IMG/VR virus record: IMGVR_UViG_3300037010_004533
Location: 1-62,148 of that record
DNA from: a virus
Lineage: Duplodnaviria > Caudoviricetes
Direction: 5' to 3' (one strand)
DNA: 62,148 nt
The notes beneath the pieces were generated by a model. That model saw nothing but the letters and a program-made list of their open reading frames with translations. It was not told where the DNA came from and did not search any database. Made by a program: the position numbers and the translations under genes. Below, piece by piece: positions 53,303 through 61,560 of this stretch (positions are counted from its first letter, which is position 1; every line of letters begins with the position of its first letter).

Positions 53303-53589
53303 ACCCTCCCCTCAGCCTTGGCGATGGCGGCCAGGGCCATCCGGCAGACCTCAGCCTCGGTTTCGGTGAGGTCCACCTTCACGAAAAGCTGGTTCATCTG
53401 GATCAGCGCGGCCAGCAGGTCCGGCGCGGCCGCGATGATGGAGGCGTTTGCCATCTCTTCGCCGTGCGCGAATGGGGCGTGTTTGCTCACCACGGGGACC
53501 TCGGCCACCTTCTTGGAGTAGAAGGGGTCAGCGAAGATTTCGCCGAAGTCGTTGCAGCGCCAGGGCCCGGGGGTGTGGGTCATGTTCAT
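53299..53589 (-). CDS. HTPGPW...IIAAAP family phage protein
   Basis: HTPGPW, ANASIIAAAPDLLAAL and AAIAKAEG. Confidence 0.7.
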   Translation of the reverse strand: MNMTHTPGPWRCNDFGEIFADPFYSKKVAEVPVVSKHAPFAHGEEMANASIIAAAPDLLAALIQMNQLFVKVDLTETEAEVCRMALAAIAKAEGRV

Positions 53590-53654
53590 CGGGATCTCCG
53601 TGGAAGGGGCTGGGAGGCCCGTAGGCCTCCCGAAGGTTTCAGGGGTGAGGAAGG

Positions 53655-53939
53655 TTAGGCGGCCTCGGTGGTGTCGATCTCGCCCATCGCGTTGCAGAGG
53701 ATCCAGCACTTCCCGAAGGTGGAGGGCTCGCCGTCGCCCACCCACTCGATCCGGCCGCGCAGCCACCAACCGCCGTTGTAGAGGGAGGGCACCTTGCCGG
53801 TCACGGTCACGTTGCAGGCGATGGCGCGATCCTTCCGCCAGGACGGGATCGGGTTCGGGTAGCGGAACCCAGCGGCGTCCCAATCGGTGCAGGGGAAGAG
53901 GGCCTCGGCTACCGACTTGCCTTCGAGCTTGACGATCAT
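53655..53939 (-). CDS. Hypothetical protein
   Basis: AAGGAG RBS after a repeated promoter. Confidence 0.6.
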   Translation of the reverse strand: MIVKLEGKSVAEALFPCTDWDAAGFRYPNPIPSWRKDRAIACNVTVTGKVPSLYNGGWWLRGRIEWVGDGEPSTFGKCWILCNAMGEIDTTEAA

Positions 53940-53964
53940 GGTGGGCTCCTTGTTCTCGATACTA

Positions 53965-54036
53965 TATTATAAGGCATAATGCCCTATAATGCAAGAGGGG
54001 CCACAAATTTTCTTGCTGAAGTGCAATTCGTCACAC
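53965..54036 (-). promoter_or_regulatory. Repeated early promoter-operator unit
   Basis: TTGCAT-17 nt containing GGGCATTATGCCT-TATAAT; TTGC-N6-GCAA at 54013-26. Confidence 0.8.
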
Positions 54037-54136
54037 CGTCAAAGCTCGAGCCCCGCCGTGCCGGATGGGGCAGGCGGGGCTCTCGGGGACGGTTCCTATA
54101 ACAGTGGTTAAGGGAAACGGGATGCCCTAAGAATGG

Positions 54137-54643
54137 TCAGACCGCAGCGGTCGCGTGTAGGCGGAGACCAAGGGCCTTCAGGACCTTGATGACGGTGCTC
54201 ATCTCGGGGTTGCCGTCCTGGGACAGCGCCCGGTAGAGCGATTCCCGGTTCAGGCCAGTCTCGCGGGCAAGGTCCGTCATGCCCTTCGCTCGGGCGATGT
54301 TTCCGAGGGCCATGGCGATGCCCCGGGGGTCGCCCTCTTGAAGCGCGGCCTCAAGGTAGGCGGCCATGCCCTTCTCGGTCTTCAGGTAGCGGGCGGGGTC
54401 GTGCGGGGTGGTCTTCGCCCGGATCCGCGCAACCAGGTCGGGAGAGACGAGGGCGGACGCATCGGTGACGACAGCAACGCCACCGTGGGCTCGGAGCGCG
54501 GCCATGGCGGCGCCGGCGCGGCGCCGAAGGTGGACGACGACCTGGGCAGCGGCAGCGCCGTTCAGGGCAGTTCGACGAGCGGGCTTCTTCTCGACGAGCT
54601 TGGCGACCGTGGCAGCCTTGGGATTCTTGGTGATGGTGGTCAT
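54137..54643 (-). CDS. Addiction module antitoxin (HigA-like HTH)
   Basis: YLEAALQEGDP...IARAKGMTDLARETGLNRESLYRALS..GNP. Confidence 0.9.
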   Translation of the reverse strand: MTTITKNPKAATVAKLVEKKPARRTALNGAAAAQVVVHLRRRAGAAMAALRAHGGVAVVTDASALVSPDLVARIRAKTTPHDPARYLKTEKGMAAYLEAALQEGDPRGIAMALGNIARAKGMTDLARETGLNRESLYRALSQDGNPEMSTVIKVLKALGLRLHATAAV

Positions 54644-54654
54644 GGTTCCCTCTA

Positions 54655-54951
54655 TCAGAGAGCTTTCGAGAGCTTCTTGGCGAGCCGGATGTCGGCCTGC
54701 TGGGTATCTTTGATTCCGCCGGCCAGGAGCACGATGATGATGTTCCCCTCCTGCCGGTAATAGACCCGGAAGCCGGGCCCGTGGTGGATCCTCAACTCGG
54801 AGACGCCTTCACCAACGGGGCCAGCGTCCCCAGCGAATCCGTCGCTCAGGCGGTTGAGCCGATATTCGATCACGGCCTGCGCCTCTGGATCCCTCCTCCC
54901 CAGGTTTTCAAACCATCGCGTGAACTCGTGGGTTTCAACCGTTTCGATCAT
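54655..54951 (-). CDS. Addiction module toxin (HigB/RelE-like)
   Basis: F..W...L...I..RL.RL..G..GD...VGEGVSELRIH.GPGFRVYY...LLAGG.K..Q..DI. Confidence 0.92.
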   Translation of the reverse strand: MIETVETHEFTRWFENLGRRDPEAQAVIEYRLNRLSDGFAGDAGPVGEGVSELRIHHGPGFRVYYRQEGNIIIVLLAGGIKDTQQADIRLAKKLSKAL

Positions 54952-54959
54952 ACTATAAT

Positions 54960-54978
54960 TGTAGTTTATGGGCTACGA
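54960..54978. promoter_or_regulatory. Putative TA operator
   Basis: Imperfect palindrome TGTAG...CTACG in the toxin promoter. Confidence 0.45.
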
Positions 54979-54996
54979 AATGCAAGGGGTGAAACG

Positions 54997-55026
54997 AAAA
55001 AAAGCCCTGAAAAATCAGGGCTTTCT
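54997..55026. terminator. Terminator hairpin
   Basis: A7-GCCCTGA-AAAA-TCAGGGC-TTT. Confidence 0.75.
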
Positions 55027-55045
55027 CTTGATTCGTGGCGGCGGG

Positions 55046-55417
55046 CTAGTAGGAGTGGAAGGGCGCCAGCGTCTCGTCCTGGAAAACCCTGTTGGGCTCA
55101 AAGGCGGGATCCTGCGCCCCCTTCAGGGCGGCCCTGGCGACGATCAGGCTCATCTTCAGGTGCTCGATCTGGCGTTCCTTGCGCCGGATGAGCGACTCCC
55201 GGGCCAGCTCCACCGTGGGGTAGGCGAACCGCTTCCCGTCGCCGTCCAGCACGAAGCGGAGCTTCTCGGCCTTCGGCTGCCACTGGCCCATGGGGCGGCG
55301 CTCGACCCAGGCGCCCTTCGAGGTGCGCCGGACGACCCGGTATTCCTCGAGCCGGATCACCATGGAGCTGTCGTCATAGAGCGGCTCCTCTACGAGGCGA
55401 ATGAGGACTTCAGGCAT
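55046..55417 (-). CDS. Hypothetical protein
   Basis: YRVVRRTSKGAWV...KRFAYPT...A.ES..RRK..Q; GGAGGAG RBS. Confidence 0.65.
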   Translation of the reverse strand: MPEVLIRLVEEPLYDDSSMVIRLEEYRVVRRTSKGAWVERRPMGQWQPKAEKLRFVLDGDGKRFAYPTVELARESLIRRKERQIEHLKMSLIVARAALKGAQDPAFEPNRVFQDETLAPFHSY

Positions 55418-55452
55418 AGGGCTCCTCCCCAAAGAGGTCGAACAGGGACGGG

Positions 55453-56211
55453 TCAGGCATGGGCGCCCTCCAGCCCGTGAATCTTCTCCTGGGCGTTTCG
55501 GAGCAAGGACCGGGACTCGTGGGCCTCCGCCTCCATGCGCCGCATCTTCTGGATCATCTCCTCCATGAGGGCGTCCTTGACGGCCACGGAACGCTCCAGC
55601 TCCTCGCAGGCGGCCCGGAGCTTCTCCAGGTCCCCGCGCAGGGCGTTCTCCCGGATCTCGGAGTCCTCCGCCCGGCGCATGTGGAACTGCGCGTCGGCGG
55701 TGAAGCGGTTCCGCTCGGCGATGAGCTGCTCCACGGCGCCCTCGAAGGTGACGGCCGGATCCGCGCCCATCTTCTCGCGCAGGTCCTGCCGAGTCTCATA
55801 CTCCAGCTCCAGGTCGGTCTTCGCCCTGCGCCCGTTCTGGAGCTGGATCCTGATCGCCTCCACACAGTCGCCCATGTTCCAGTCCTTCGCATGGTCGCCC
55901 AGCATGTCGCGGAGGTCGGCCAGCACCGCCTCCATCGGGGCGGCGTGAGCATAGGTCGAGGGGTCGCCCTTCAGCGGCGGCAGCTCCCCGACGCCCAGCG
56001 CCCACGTCTCGTAGACGCGAGGCTCGAAGGCCTCTTCCAGCTTCACGACCAGCACGGAGAACGGGGTCCAGCGGACCATGAAGAACTCCCCGGCCTTCGG
56101 ATCCTCGCTCTGCGATTCAGTGTAGGCGCGGTCGCGCCCCTTGAAGGTTTCCCCAGCCTTCCGTGCCATCGCCAGCGCGGCGGCATCCTCGGTGATGTTC
56201 ACGAGCCTCAC
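55453..56211 (-). CDS. Coiled-coil hypothetical protein
   Basis: C-terminal heptads; GAGG RBS. Confidence 0.6.
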   Translation of the reverse strand: MRLVNITEDAAALAMARKAGETFKGRDRAYTESQSEDPKAGEFFMVRWTPFSVLVVKLEEAFEPRVYETWALGVGELPPLKGDPSTYAHAAPMEAVLADLRDMLGDHAKDWNMGDCVEAIRIQLQNGRRAKTDLELEYETRQDLREKMGADPAVTFEGAVEQLIAERNRFTADAQFHMRRAEDSEIRENALRGDLEKLRAACEELERSVAVKDALMEEMIQKMRRMEAEAHESRSLLRNAQEKIHGLEGAHA

Positions 56212-56636
56212 AGTTCCTCTCCCTTGATGGCCGCGATGAAGCGGCAGGCCGGGCAGTCCCGGCGGTTGGACTCTTTCAGGTGGCCGAGCTTGTGCTCGCC
56301 TCCCGGCTTGAAGACCTGCGGCAGCATGTCCTCGACGGCCTTCAGGCGCAGCTCGATGTCGAGCGCCCGGTTTCGCTCATCGCGGCGGGCTTCTTCGGCT
56401 TCCTGCACCCGGCGCATGGCCTCGGCGTGGTAGGTGTCACCCATGGCCTCGTGGAGCTTCTGGCGCAGCTCGTCGAGCCTCCACGGGGTCGAGTCCTCCG
56501 GGCTCCAGCCCGTAGCGATCAGCTCCACAAAGCTCGCCAGGAACTCGTGGTCGCCCATCGCCCAGGCCAGGAACTCCTTCTTCGCCTCGGGGTGTTCGGC
56601 GAAGACCTTCTCGGGGTCCAGCTTCAAGAGGATCAT
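56208..56636 (-). CDS. Hypothetical protein
   Basis: MILLKLDP...CPAC; coupled ORF. Confidence 0.55.
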   Translation of the reverse strand: MILLKLDPEKVFAEHPEAKKEFLAWAMGDHEFLASFVELIATGWSPEDSTPWRLDELRQKLHEAMGDTYHAEAMRRVQEAEEARRDERNRALDIELRLKAVEDMLPQVFKPGGEHKLGHLKESNRRDCPACRFIAAIKGEEL

Positions 56637-56896
56637 GCCGCCCCCTCGGTCTTCTCGGGCTCGGGCGCGGCGGGCGTGAGCGCGTCTGCGATGGTCCGCA
56701 TCGCCACGGCCTCCTCCTCGAAGGGGTCCAGCACCACGTTCTCGCGGTTCTTCTTCAGCAGGACCGCGTGGGTCCGCTTGTCCTGCCCCTTCCAGATGTG
56801 GGCGAGCTTGCGCCCCCCCTTGCCCTTGAACCACCAGCCCAGCGGGGCCTTGATCCAGGAGAACGGCGGCGCCGTGGGTTGCTTCCTTGCCATCAC
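56633..56896 (-). CDS. Hypothetical protein
   Basis: Coupled ORF. Confidence 0.55.
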   Translation of the reverse strand: MMARKQPTAPPFSWIKAPLGWWFKGKGGRKLAHIWKGQDKRTHAVLLKKNRENVVLDPFEEEAVAMRTIADALTPAAPEPEKTEGAA

Positions 56897-57528
56897 TTCC
56901 CTCCCCGGGCCTTGCGATTGCCCGTGATGTGCTGCTCTCGTAGCTCGTCCATCGCCACAATCCCGATCAGCTCCTCCATGTCCTCGGCGCGGAGGTGCTT
57001 CCAGTTCGGGGTGCCGTCGTTGATCGTCACGAGGTCGAAGTCGATGGCATCGCGCCCCGTGTCGTAGCTGTTTCCGTCGTAGTGCTCGACGAAGATGGCC
57101 TCCTTCAGGCCGAGGCGCCCGGACACCTGCTTCACGATGAACTCGGCCGCGTTCGTGACGCTCGGGCCCGGGTTACCCTGGACCTCGGACATCAGGACCA
57201 GCGGGCCCTTCGGGGTGTCGTAGACGCGGATCCGGCAGGCACCCTCCTTCGGGTATGCCGGCCGTGGGTTGAACGCACAGATGAAGTCCAGGCTCGCCTT
57301 CATGGTGATCTCCTCGATCTTCGGGCCCTCGCTCTCGGGGCCCTTGGTGGAATGGGAATAGGAGTGGCCGCGCCCGCCGCACACCGGCCCGATGCCGGCG
57401 GCGACGGATTCGGGATCAGACAGTGCCCGCCCGCAGATTGAACAGGTTCCCGTGCGCTTCTCGCGCTCGCCGCGCTGGACGACGGGCGGGACCTCTTCCT
57501 CGAATAGGGATGGCTGGATGGTGCTCAT
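56893..57528 (-). CDS. DUF6011 Zn-finger fusion protein
   Basis: CSICGRALSDPESVAAGIGPVC; C-terminal SVTNAAE...VEHY domain. Confidence 0.75.
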   Translation of the reverse strand: MSTIQPSLFEEEVPPVVQRGEREKRTGTCSICGRALSDPESVAAGIGPVCGGRGHSYSHSTKGPESEGPKIEEITMKASLDFICAFNPRPAYPKEGACRIRVYDTPKGPLVLMSEVQGNPGPSVTNAAEFIVKQVSGRLGLKEAIFVEHYDGNSYDTGRDAIDFDLVTINDGTPNWKHLRAEDMEELIGIVAMDELREQHITGNRKARGGK

Positions 57529-57535
57529 GGGCGCC

Positions 57536-57778
57536 TCAACAGAAGGAGACAACGGGCTGCACGGCCTCCTCGGAGAACGGATGAACGTCGTCCTCCTCGG
57601 AGTCGTCCGCGTCCATCCAAGGCCTTCGGCGGTTGGGGAATTTGCTGTTCAGCCTCTTCTCGCGGCGCTTCGCCGCGCAGGACTTCGAGCAGCACTTGGC
57701 CCAGCCCCGCCGAACGTCGGCCTCTCTCGCGTCGAACTTCTGGCCGCAGGTGGAGCAGGTGCGTTGAATCATCGCCAT
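57536..57778 (-). CDS. Zn-finger hypothetical protein
   Basis: CSTCG..F..R.AD.RRGW.K.CSKSCAA. Confidence 0.7.
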   Translation of the reverse strand: MAMIQRTCSTCGQKFDAREADVRRGWAKCCSKSCAAKRREKRLNSKFPNRRRPWMDADDSEEDDVHPFSEEAVQPVVSFC

Positions 57779-57787
57779 GGCGGGCTC

Positions 57788-57991
57788 CTATGCGATTTTC
57801 CTGTCTCGGATGTGGCCGAGCAGCGTGTCCAGGGTCATGGAGTCCGTGCCCTCGACCTTGCGGCCCTGCGGGTCCTTCAGCCAGTAGCGCCGGTTGCCGT
57901 TCACGCCGGTTTGCCCGACGTGGTGGCCGCTGCCTTCGAGGATCAGCTCCACCGATGCGGCCGTGTGCTTGCGGTTGCCGATGCGGCTCAT
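57788..57991 (-). CDS. Hypothetical protein
   Basis: MSRIGNRK...; GAGG RBS. Confidence 0.5.
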   Translation of the reverse strand: MSRIGNRKHTAASVELILEGSGHHVGQTGVNGNRRYWLKDPQGRKVEGTDSMTLDTLLGHIRDRKIA

Positions 57992-58209
57992 GGCTTCACC
58001 TCGACCTCGTGGAGAATCACCGCATCGCAGCGGCACTTCAGGCCGCACGAGGCGCGGCGGATCCGGTAGCTCTTGCCGGTGATCTCGTCGGTGACGGTGG
58101 AGCGTTCGCCGGATGGGGACGCGGCCCGCTTGCCGGTGACGCGCATGGGCTGGCGTTCTTCGGTGTAGGCGCTCTTGCGCGGGAAGTAGTTCGGCTCCTT
58201 GCTCATCAT
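57988..58209 (-). CDS. Hypothetical protein
   Basis: VTDEITGKSY...ASCGLKCRCDA; GGAGG RBS. Confidence 0.55.
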   Translation of the reverse strand: MMSKEPNYFPRKSAYTEERQPMRVTGKRAASPSGERSTVTDEITGKSYRIRRASCGLKCRCDAVILHEVEVKP

Positions 58210-58469
58210 TCGCCTCCGAGCTTGTGCCCGAGCGCCTGCTCGAGCGCGTGGATGGAACGGGCCTCGTCCTGCTGGGCCTGCTCCACGGCGGCCTTCACAG
58301 GGGCGTTGAGCCGGGCCTGCTCGACCTCGTAGTGGACGATCAGGGCCACCGGGAAGGCCAGGAGCGCAAGCCACGCCCCATAGGTCAGGAGCTTCGTCCA
58401 GGGGAGCCCGGCGACGTGGTGCCGCCGGGCATTCTTCAGGGACAGGGAGAGGGTGGCGGCGTGGTTCAC
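58206..58469 (-). CDS. Single-TM membrane protein
   Basis: LLTYGAWLALLAFPVALIV. Confidence 0.55.
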   Translation of the reverse strand: MNHAATLSLSLKNARRHHVAGLPWTKLLTYGAWLALLAFPVALIVHYEVEQARLNAPVKAAVEQAQQDEARSIHALEQALGHKLGGE

Positions 58470-58472
58470 GGC

Positions 58473-58805
58473 TCACCTCACGTAGAAGATCGCCACGTCG
58501 GTCGTGCCGGGCAGGTCCGCAGAGGTGAAGGTCGAGGACTCGTATCCCTTCCAGACCTTCTCCCAATCCACGTCGTCCCAGACGAGGGCGTTCCGCATGT
58601 CGTAGGCCAGCCGGGGATTCGCCTCTGCGAAGTGCTCCTCTGCGAAGTCGGCCGCGCTGCTGTAGATGCCCGCGAGGTCCTCCTCGAAGGCGCTCAGGAG
58701 CGAATCCCAATCCTGGCCCATGCACCAGACGGTGCCCACGTTGTCGATCCAGTCGCCGACCAGGGGGTTCGTCACGAAGCCGACGAAGATACGGGGGGTG
58801 TTCAT
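58473..58805 (-). CDS. Short acidic ArdA-like antirestriction protein (putative)
   Basis: TPRIFVG N-terminus; FEE...GIYSS..DFAEE; VDWE..W; strongly acidic. Confidence 0.55.
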   Translation of the reverse strand: MNTPRIFVGFVTNPLVGDWIDNVGTVWCMGQDWDSLLSAFEEDLAGIYSSAADFAEEHFAEANPRLAYDMRNALVWDDVDWEKVWKGYESSTFTSADLPGTTDVAIFYVR

Positions 58806-58869
58806 GGGGCTCTCCTTGCGTAGAGGAAGGGGCCCGAGAGGTGCCAGCCTCTCGAGCCCCGGTTTCGGT

Positions 58870-59091
58870 TTACCTTCCGCTCTTGATGATCGTGATCTGG
58901 AACTTCGAGCCGTCGCTCAGGGTGAGCACGAGGCCGGAGTCGGCGGTGAGGACGCCAGCATCCTCGAAGGAGCGGACGGAGTTGAAGGAGACTTCGCGGC
59001 CGGTCGCATCTTCCAGCTCCAGGTTCGCGTCGTCGTTGCAGGTGATGAGGGCCCGGAGGGTCTTCTCGATCTCGGCTGCCGTGGTGCTCAT
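58870..59091 (-). CDS. Conserved hypothetical protein
   Basis: VRSFEDAGVLT.DSGLVL.LSDGSKFQITI; AAGGAGG RBS. Confidence 0.7.
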   Translation of the reverse strand: MSTTAAEIEKTLRALITCNDDANLELEDATGREVSFNSVRSFEDAGVLTADSGLVLTLSDGSKFQITIIKSGR

Positions 59092-59114
59092 GGGGTGGTT
59101 CCTCCTTGTTCTAT

Positions 59115-59190
59115 GATATAGTTTAGGGCAATATGCCCTGTTGTGCAAGGGGGAAACGCAAAAAACTTGCTTAAGTGCAATCTATCACAC
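59115..59190 (-). promoter_or_regulatory. Repeated early promoter-operator unit
   Basis: AGGGCAATATGCCCT (59125-39), TTGC-N6-GCAA (59167-80) and TCACAC. Confidence 0.78.
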
Positions 59191-59207
59191 CCCTCAGACC
59201 TGGCGCT

Positions 59208-59807
59208 TCAGCCCGCCTTCTCGAAGTGACGGAGCTGGTCCTCGACCTGCTCCGTCACGTAGCCCAGGCCCAGGAAGCCCCAGCAGGAGTCCACCTCCTC
59301 GCCGGCCTCGTCCTCGATCACGTAGCCATAGCACTCGCCGCGCAGGTATCGGTCATACTCCTCGACCTCGTTCCGCAGGTAGCCCTCGACGCGCTCGCGG
59401 AGCTTCTTCGAGATTCGCTTCGCGCCGTATTCCTCGCGGATCCGCTTGGCCGAGACGAAGATGAGCCCCACCTGCCCGGAGTCCCAGGGGCAGGAGAACG
59501 GCCCAGTGCTCATCGTGATGCCGCTGTGGTCGTAGAGGTAGAGCGGCAGGATGATAGCGCCCGGGTGGTCGCGGAGGATGGCCTTCTCCATGTCGTCCCA
59601 GCCGTTGAAGTCGCCGGATCGGTAGCCGTGGTCCTTGTCGCCCAGCTCGTAGCGCCGGTGGAAGCAGACCATCGTGCCGATGTTGTCCCACTCGCGTGGG
59701 TTGCAGCCGTCCTCGTCGGAGAGGATCCGGCCTGTGTGCCCGCCCAGCAGCAGGGTCTTCACGGCGCCGTCACGGCCGCCGTCGTGGCTTTCGATCTTCT
59801 TGGTCAT
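59208..59807 (-). CDS. Conserved mobile-element hypothetical protein
   Basis: NPREWDNIG...HRRY.LGD...LPLYLYDHSG...WDSGQVG...DSCWGF. Confidence 0.75.
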   Translation of the reverse strand: MTKKIESHDGGRDGAVKTLLLGGHTGRILSDEDGCNPREWDNIGTMVCFHRRYELGDKDHGYRSGDFNGWDDMEKAILRDHPGAIILPLYLYDHSGITMSTGPFSCPWDSGQVGLIFVSAKRIREEYGAKRISKKLRERVEGYLRNEVEEYDRYLRGECYGYVIEDEAGEEVDSCWGFLGLGYVTEQVEDQLRHFEKAG

Positions 59808-59920
59808 GGTGTTCTCCTTGGTTCGGGTTTAGGGATGGGGTCAGGGCTCCGCAGAAAGGGGTCTGTGGACTGCCGAAGGGGAGAGAAGGGGGGAGAGGGT
59901 GCCAGCCCTCTCCCCCGCTC

Positions 59921-60019
59921 TCAGATCAAGGCCGGTAATGAGTCACGCGCAAGGTGGGACGCATGGGCGCGGGGCTTCATGCGGTGGGCGGCGTGACGGT
60001 TGCGGACAGCGAAGCTCAT
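59921..60019 (-). CDS. 32-aa basic leader-like peptide
   Basis: AAGGAGG RBS then MSFAVRNRHAAHRMKPRAHASHLARDSLPALI*. Confidence 0.4.
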   Translation of the reverse strand: MSFAVRNRHAAHRMKPRAHASHLARDSLPALI

Positions 60020-60057
60020 GGCTTCCTCCTTGCGCTGTAGTCGGGATTGACTACAGT

Positions 60058-60130
60058 TATAGTAAAGGGCAGAATGCCCTAAAAGCAAGGAAGAAGTGCA
60101 AGAATCTTGCTATTGTGCAATCAGTCACAC
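60058..60130 (-). promoter_or_regulatory. Repeated early promoter-operator unit
   Basis: AGGGCAGAATGCCCT (60066-80), TTGC-N6-GCAA (60107-20) and TCACAC. Confidence 0.78.
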
Positions 60131-60361
60131 CGCCGGGAGTAGCGCGGCCACCTGCTCCGGGGCGCGGGCCAGCAGAAGGTTCACACCCTTCCGGTGCGGC
60201 TCCTGGCTCCAGGCGTCGAGCTGCTGGAAGACCAGGGCCAGCTTCTCGGCCGGGCCCTCGATGTAGGTCTTTCGGATCCGCACGGAGCCGGGCATCTCGT
60301 GAGTCGCGGCCCAGGCCTCGACGGCGGCGGACATGGCGGCATTCAGGGCAATTCGTTCCAT
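60125..60361 (-). CDS. Hypothetical protein
   Basis: MERIALNAA...; GAGG RBS. Confidence 0.5.
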   Translation of the reverse strand: MERIALNAAMSAAVEAWAATHEMPGSVRIRKTYIEGPAEKLALVFQQLDAWSQEPHRKGVNLLLARAPEQVAALLPAV

Positions 60362-60365
60362 GAGT

Positions 60366-60737
60366 TCAGGTCCTCGAGTCGATGAAGTGCATGGCGGCAT
60401 CCTCAGCGGCCTCCGGCAGCGCCAAGGGCCCGAAGGCCTTCCCGAGCGTGTGGGCGACGTAGCCGCCCGGCACCTGTTCCAGGCGAATGAGAATGGACCG
60501 ATACACCAGGGGAGGCATCTGTCGCTCCGATTGGTCGATGGTCCGGGCCAAGCGCAGCAGGCCGGCCAGGGCCTCCATACTGTCCTCGTTGTGGAAGGCA
60601 ACGCCACGGCGCCGCAGCTCGCGCTTGATGACGCAGCGTTCGCGGGCGACCTCTGCGAGGATCAGCACCTCGCCCTGAGCGGCGACGAGGGAGATGCCCG
60701 GCAGGCTTGGGCCATGGGAGCGGTGGACGAAGCTCAT
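60366..60737 (-). CDS. Hypothetical protein
   Basis: Coupled ORF. Confidence 0.5.
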   Translation of the reverse strand: MSFVHRSHGPSLPGISLVAAQGEVLILAEVARERCVIKRELRRRGVAFHNEDSMEALAGLLRLARTIDQSERQMPPLVYRSILIRLEQVPGGYVAHTLGKAFGPLALPEAAEDAAMHFIDSRT

Positions 60738-61045
60738 GCGCCCCCCTTCGCCTTAGCGATGGCGGCGCTGGCGATGCCAGCAAGCCGACCGGCCATCGTG
60801 TCAGCCTTCGCCCATGGCGCTACGTTGCGGAGAATCTCCTCCAGGGCCTCCAGGAGAGCCGGCGCGGAAGCAATCAGCCGAGCATCGGCCATCACCAGCT
60901 CGTCGTCTTCGGGAATGCCGCCGAGGCCCCCGCAGTCGGCCACGAAGCGCTTCCGGTCCACCGTGTAGACGCAAACCGAATTGGACAGGATCCGCTCGTC
61001 CACGCGCCACGGGCCCGGCGTGTGCTTCAATTCGTTCATGGTCAT
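60734..61045 (-). CDS. HTPGPW...LIASAP family phage protein
   Basis: HTPGPW, ADARLIASAPALLEAL and AAIAKAKG. Confidence 0.7.
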   Translation of the reverse strand: MTMNELKHTPGPWRVDERILSNSVCVYTVDRKRFVADCGGLGGIPEDDELVMADARLIASAPALLEALEEILRNVAPWAKADTMAGRLAGIASAAIAKAKGGA

Positions 61046-61046
61046 G

Positions 61047-61277
61047 TCAGTCCTCCTCAGGAAGAAGTACGCCGCCGTCCGTCTCCCAGGACGCGGGGCT
61101 CAGGGTCAGGTCGCCGCCCTGGCCGGACCAGTCGCAGCCGTTGCAGTAGGCCTCGCTCGTTTCGTCCCATGTGATCGGCTCGGCGTCCTCGACGCCTTGC
61201 TCCGTGGGATGGGCGGCGGCCTTGCCGATCACCTTCACATCCTCGCTACCGCATTTGGGGCACTTGTAGGTCTGCAT
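61047..61277 (-). CDS. Acidic Zn-ribbon protein
   Basis: CPKCGS...CNGCDW. Confidence 0.65.
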   Translation of the reverse strand: MQTYKCPKCGSEDVKVIGKAAAHPTEQGVEDAEPITWDETSEAYCNGCDWSGQGGDLTLSPASWETDGGVLLPEED

Positions 61278-61278
61278 C

Positions 61279-61560
61279 TCAGTTCTCCTCGGCCTGGGCG
61301 GCTTCTTCGTTCCAGAAGCGCTCGGCGCTCATGATCGGGGCCATCGAGTAATTGCCGTGGGGGCGGACCTGCTCGACCGTTCCATCCATCACCGTGAAGA
61401 TGCGGAGCGTCTTGCCCTCGTCGGTCGTGATGGTCTTCGCGGTGCGCTTCACGACCGTCATCTCGAAGATCGTGTCGTAGTCGCACAGGCTCCGGCACCA
61501 GTAGGTCTTGCCGACTTCGAAGCGGGTGAAGCGGTCGAAGCTGACGATCTCGTGGTTCAT
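61279..61560 (-). CDS. Conserved hypothetical protein
   Basis: FEVGKTY..RS.CDYD.IF...V.KRTAKTIT...G.YSMAP. Confidence 0.7.
   Translation of the reverse strand: MNHEIVSFDRFTRFEVGKTYWCRSLCDYDTIFEMTVVKRTAKTITTDEGKTLRIFTVMDGTVEQVRPHGNYSMAPIMSAERFWNEEAAQAEEN

Noticed and set aside
54111-54130. Partial GGG...TGCCCTAA as a tenth promoter-operator (similar half-site at ~48021)
   Set aside because: Only one arm matches and the spacing is wrong.
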